The position numbers and the translations under genes were made by a program. A stretch of 64,000 bases of DNA. It comes from the human T2T-CHM13v2.0 reference genome, Homo sapiens. A model generated the notes under the pieces. It was not told where the DNA came from, ran no database searches, and saw only the letters and a list, made by a program, of their open reading frames with translations. The stretch lies in the NCBI RefSeq assembly GCF_009914755.1, contig NC_060948.1. One strand, given 5' to 3'. Positions 61,381 to 64,000 of the stretch are shown piece by piece. Position 1 is the first letter of the stretch. Every line of letters begins with the position of its first letter.

Positions 61381-62570
61381 TGATTCTAGCTGTGGGTGTC
61401 TTTCCTGTAGTTTTTATTATGTTGCGATATGTTTCTTCTGTACCCGTTTCTTTGAGGATTTATAGCATGAAGGGATGTTGAATTTCATCAAATGCTTTTT
61501 CAGTTTCAGTTGACACGATCATAGTTTTTTTTTTTTTCATTTATTTGGTTGATATGATGTATCACATTGTATGTTGAGTGACCCTTGCATCCCAGGGATA
61601 CATCCCACTTGATCATGATGAATTATCTTTTTAATGTATTACTGAATTTGATTCACTGGTATTTTGTTGAGGATTTTTGCATCAATATTAGAGATACTAG
61701 CCTGTAGTTTCCTTCTTTGATGCCTTTGTCTGATTTTGGTATCACAGTAATAATGGTCTCATAAAATAAGTTTGGAAGTATTCCCTCCTGTTTTTCAAAA
61801 TAGTTTGAGGAGGATTCGTACTAGGTCTTTAAATTGTTTGGTGTGAAGCCGTCAGCAGTGAAGACATGAGTTCCTGGGCTTTTCTTTACTGGGATACTTT
61901 TTCTGATGGCTTCAATCTCATTACTTGCTAGGGATCTGTTCTGGTCTTGGATGTTTTCATTGTTCAACCTAAGTAGGTTGTATGCATCTAGGAATTTGCC
62001 AATTTCTACTAGGCTTTCAAATTTATTGACATATAATAGCCAGTTATGATCCTTTGAATTTCTGAAGTATTAGTTGTAATGTCTCCTTTTTTTATCTGTT
62101 GATTTTATTTATTTGAATCTTGTCTCTTTTTTCTTAGCCTGGTTAAAAGTTTGTCAATTTTGTTTTGCTTTCCAGAAAACCAACTTTTCGTTTAATCTTG
62201 TGTGTTTTTTCTTTCAATTTTATTTCCGCTACGATCTTATTTATTTTCTTATTTTTGGTTTAGTTTGTTCTTACTTTACTAGTTCTTTAAGATGTATTGT
62301 TTATTTGAAGTTTTTATTTTGTTTGGATGGTAGGCACTTATAGCTGTAAATCTCTGCCTTTGTACTGCTTTCTGCGTAACAAGTTTTGGTATACTGTGTT
62401 TTCATTACCCTTTGTTTCATGAAATTTTTGAATTTCTGTCTTAGTATCTTCATTGACCCGCTAGTCATTTATTCAGGAGGGTAGTGTTTAACTTCCATGT
62501 GATTGTATTGTTTCCAAAATTACTCTTCTTACTGATACCTAGTTTTATTCCTTTGTAGTCAAAGAAGATG
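61380..62570 (-). mobile_element. Old L1M ORF2 fragment, cut abruptly at 62570
   Basis: ttttgttgaggatttttgcatc and agttttattcc...gtcaaagaagatg are antisense L1 motifs. Confidence 0.75.
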
Positions 62571-63850
62571 GCCACGGAGACAGTAGCGTGGTCAGAGTGG
62601 TAGGAGCCGGCCATTGGCGAGAGCTGCTCTGTGCCTGGCTGCTGGGTGCTAGAGCCTGTGGCCCACTGGCTTGCCTCACTGTGGTTGGTGGTGGCGGTGA
62701 CAGAGACTGCAGCACGACCAGAGTGGTAGGACAGGGGCTATCCAGGGCTGTACCTTTCTCAGTGTGGGGTGGGTTGGGGGCGCTATCCAGGGTGTCATTG
62801 CCTGCATTAGGGGTACTGGTTGGTAGCACTGTACAGGGCTGCACTGCCCACAGCAGGGAGGGTGGGTTATGGGCACTTTCTGGGGCTGCAATGCCCATGG
62901 AGGAGGACAGGTTAGGGCACTATCGGGTATACGCTACTGGCGGCATTGGGGGACGGAGGTGGGGGGCGCTATTGAGGGTAGGACTAGCAGTGGAGGGCGG
63001 GCGAGTTCAGTGCTATCAGGGGCTGCACTTCTGGCGGCAGTCAGCAGAGTTGGCATCTAAGGAAGGAGTGGTTCTCCTCTCCCTGACTCCACACTCCAGA
63101 GGGCGACCCACTCTTGGTCATACTGGAGTGCGGCAGGCACGCAGCATTTGCGTGGGAATCCTGAGCACGGCAGAGCCCCCACACCCACCGTGGTTCCTGG
63201 GCCTGTGCACTCTGGGTCTGTGCCTCAGAGGCTGTCAGGCACCCCTGTGGACACCACGGGGGATGGGGCCCTGTGTGTGGAGGCGTCCGGAACAGGAATT
63301 GGCACCTGGGTGCGGAGGGTTGGTTGGGTCTGAATTTTTTTTACCTCTCCTGCTCCCCAAGGAGTGCAGCCCTGGTGGGCCCAATGGTTCCTGTGGAGTG
63401 GGGAGCTGGGTGCTGTGGTGTCTCCAGCACCCACCCCAGACCCCAGTTCCCGGCCAGCTTGGGCCAAAAGGAGGGGCTGGACTTTGGAGGGTGGGTGTGA
63501 GTGCCTTTGCTGAAACTGGCCCCTGCCACCCAGTGGCCGGCATGACAAGTTGAGGCTCTAACCCTTCCACCGCTCTCATCTTCCTCTAGGCTTTTCTGGC
63601 TTTGCCTGCCCAGCTACTCCATGCCAGGAGGAGGAGGAGACACCTAGTGCCTGCAACACCACGACTCGCCTCGCTGCGGGTGGGTGGCAGCGACGGAGAC
63701 TGCAGTGTGCCAGAGCGGTAGGAGAGTGGCCGTGCTAGGAGGGCAGGTGGCTGCAGCCAGGGTTGGGGGTCAGGCTTACAGCGATGGATGGGCTGCAGCA
63801 GTGGCCAGGTGGTAGGAGCCTTGTAGGGAGGGCTGATGCATTGGCAATGG
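62571..63850. repeat. GC-rich REP522-like pericentromeric repeat with a degenerate ~46-bp tandem array (62730-63030)
   Basis: Seven GGGCGCTATC(C)AGGG-like units; ~33-bp motif repeated at 62574, 62699 and 63692; family name from memory. Confidence 0.55.
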
Positions 63851-64000
63851 GCCTGGCTTTGCCCTGCCTTTCCCTGTAATATCCCTACTCTTACCTGGAC
63901 TGTCTCAGCCCTGTCCTGCTCTGGTCCCATCCTGACCCTGTCTTGGCCCTGTGCTACCCTGTCCCTGCCCTGATCTTGCCCTGGCACTGGCCCTGCCCTG
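63850..64000 (-). repeat. Degenerate (CAGGG)n-type repeat, reading (CCCTG)n on the plus strand; runs off the window
   Basis: gccctgtcctg...ccctgccctg...ggccctgccctg. Confidence 0.7.

Noticed and set aside
62730-63030. CRISPR-like repeat-spacer array
   Set aside because: Units are degenerate tandem copies without conserved repeats and unique spacers; primate context with no cas genes.
62588-63553. 321-aa ORF and overlapping ORFs in the GC-rich tail
   Set aside because: GTG start, Gly/Leu-rich low-complexity translation, no recognisable domain; expected from stop-poor GC-rich repeat DNA.

Overview
Great-ape genomic DNA, most likely human (one L1 carries the L1HS pre-Ta ACG/G diagnostics). It reads as a pericentromeric segmental-duplication mosaic with no intact protein-coding gene. 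Block 1 (1 to ~39.4 kb) is an SLC9B1/NHEDC1 duplicon: three minus-strand exons (one with a TGA) and an intronic ACTR3B retropseudogene, packed with nested L1, Alu and MaLR elements. Block 2 (~39.45-62.57 kb) is a 22q12-derived duplicon: the last three CHEK2 exons, then the TTC28 CpG island and exon 1, both disabled. Block 3 (62.57-64 kb) is GC-rich REP522-like/CAGGG-type repeat. I found no evidence of a new biological system. The notable items are: a probable L1 3' transduction polyadenylated in a MER21-like LTR; a retrocopy keeping 128 nt of intron-1-like sequence; a locally templated 110-bp insertion; a twin-primed pre-Ta L1; a TSD-less L1 capture; and CHEK2 pseudo-exons carrying equivalents of the clinical alleles T476M and P509S. 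Gene and repeat identities come from recalled sequences, not database searches. Repeat boundaries are approximate unless a TSD or splice site is cited.
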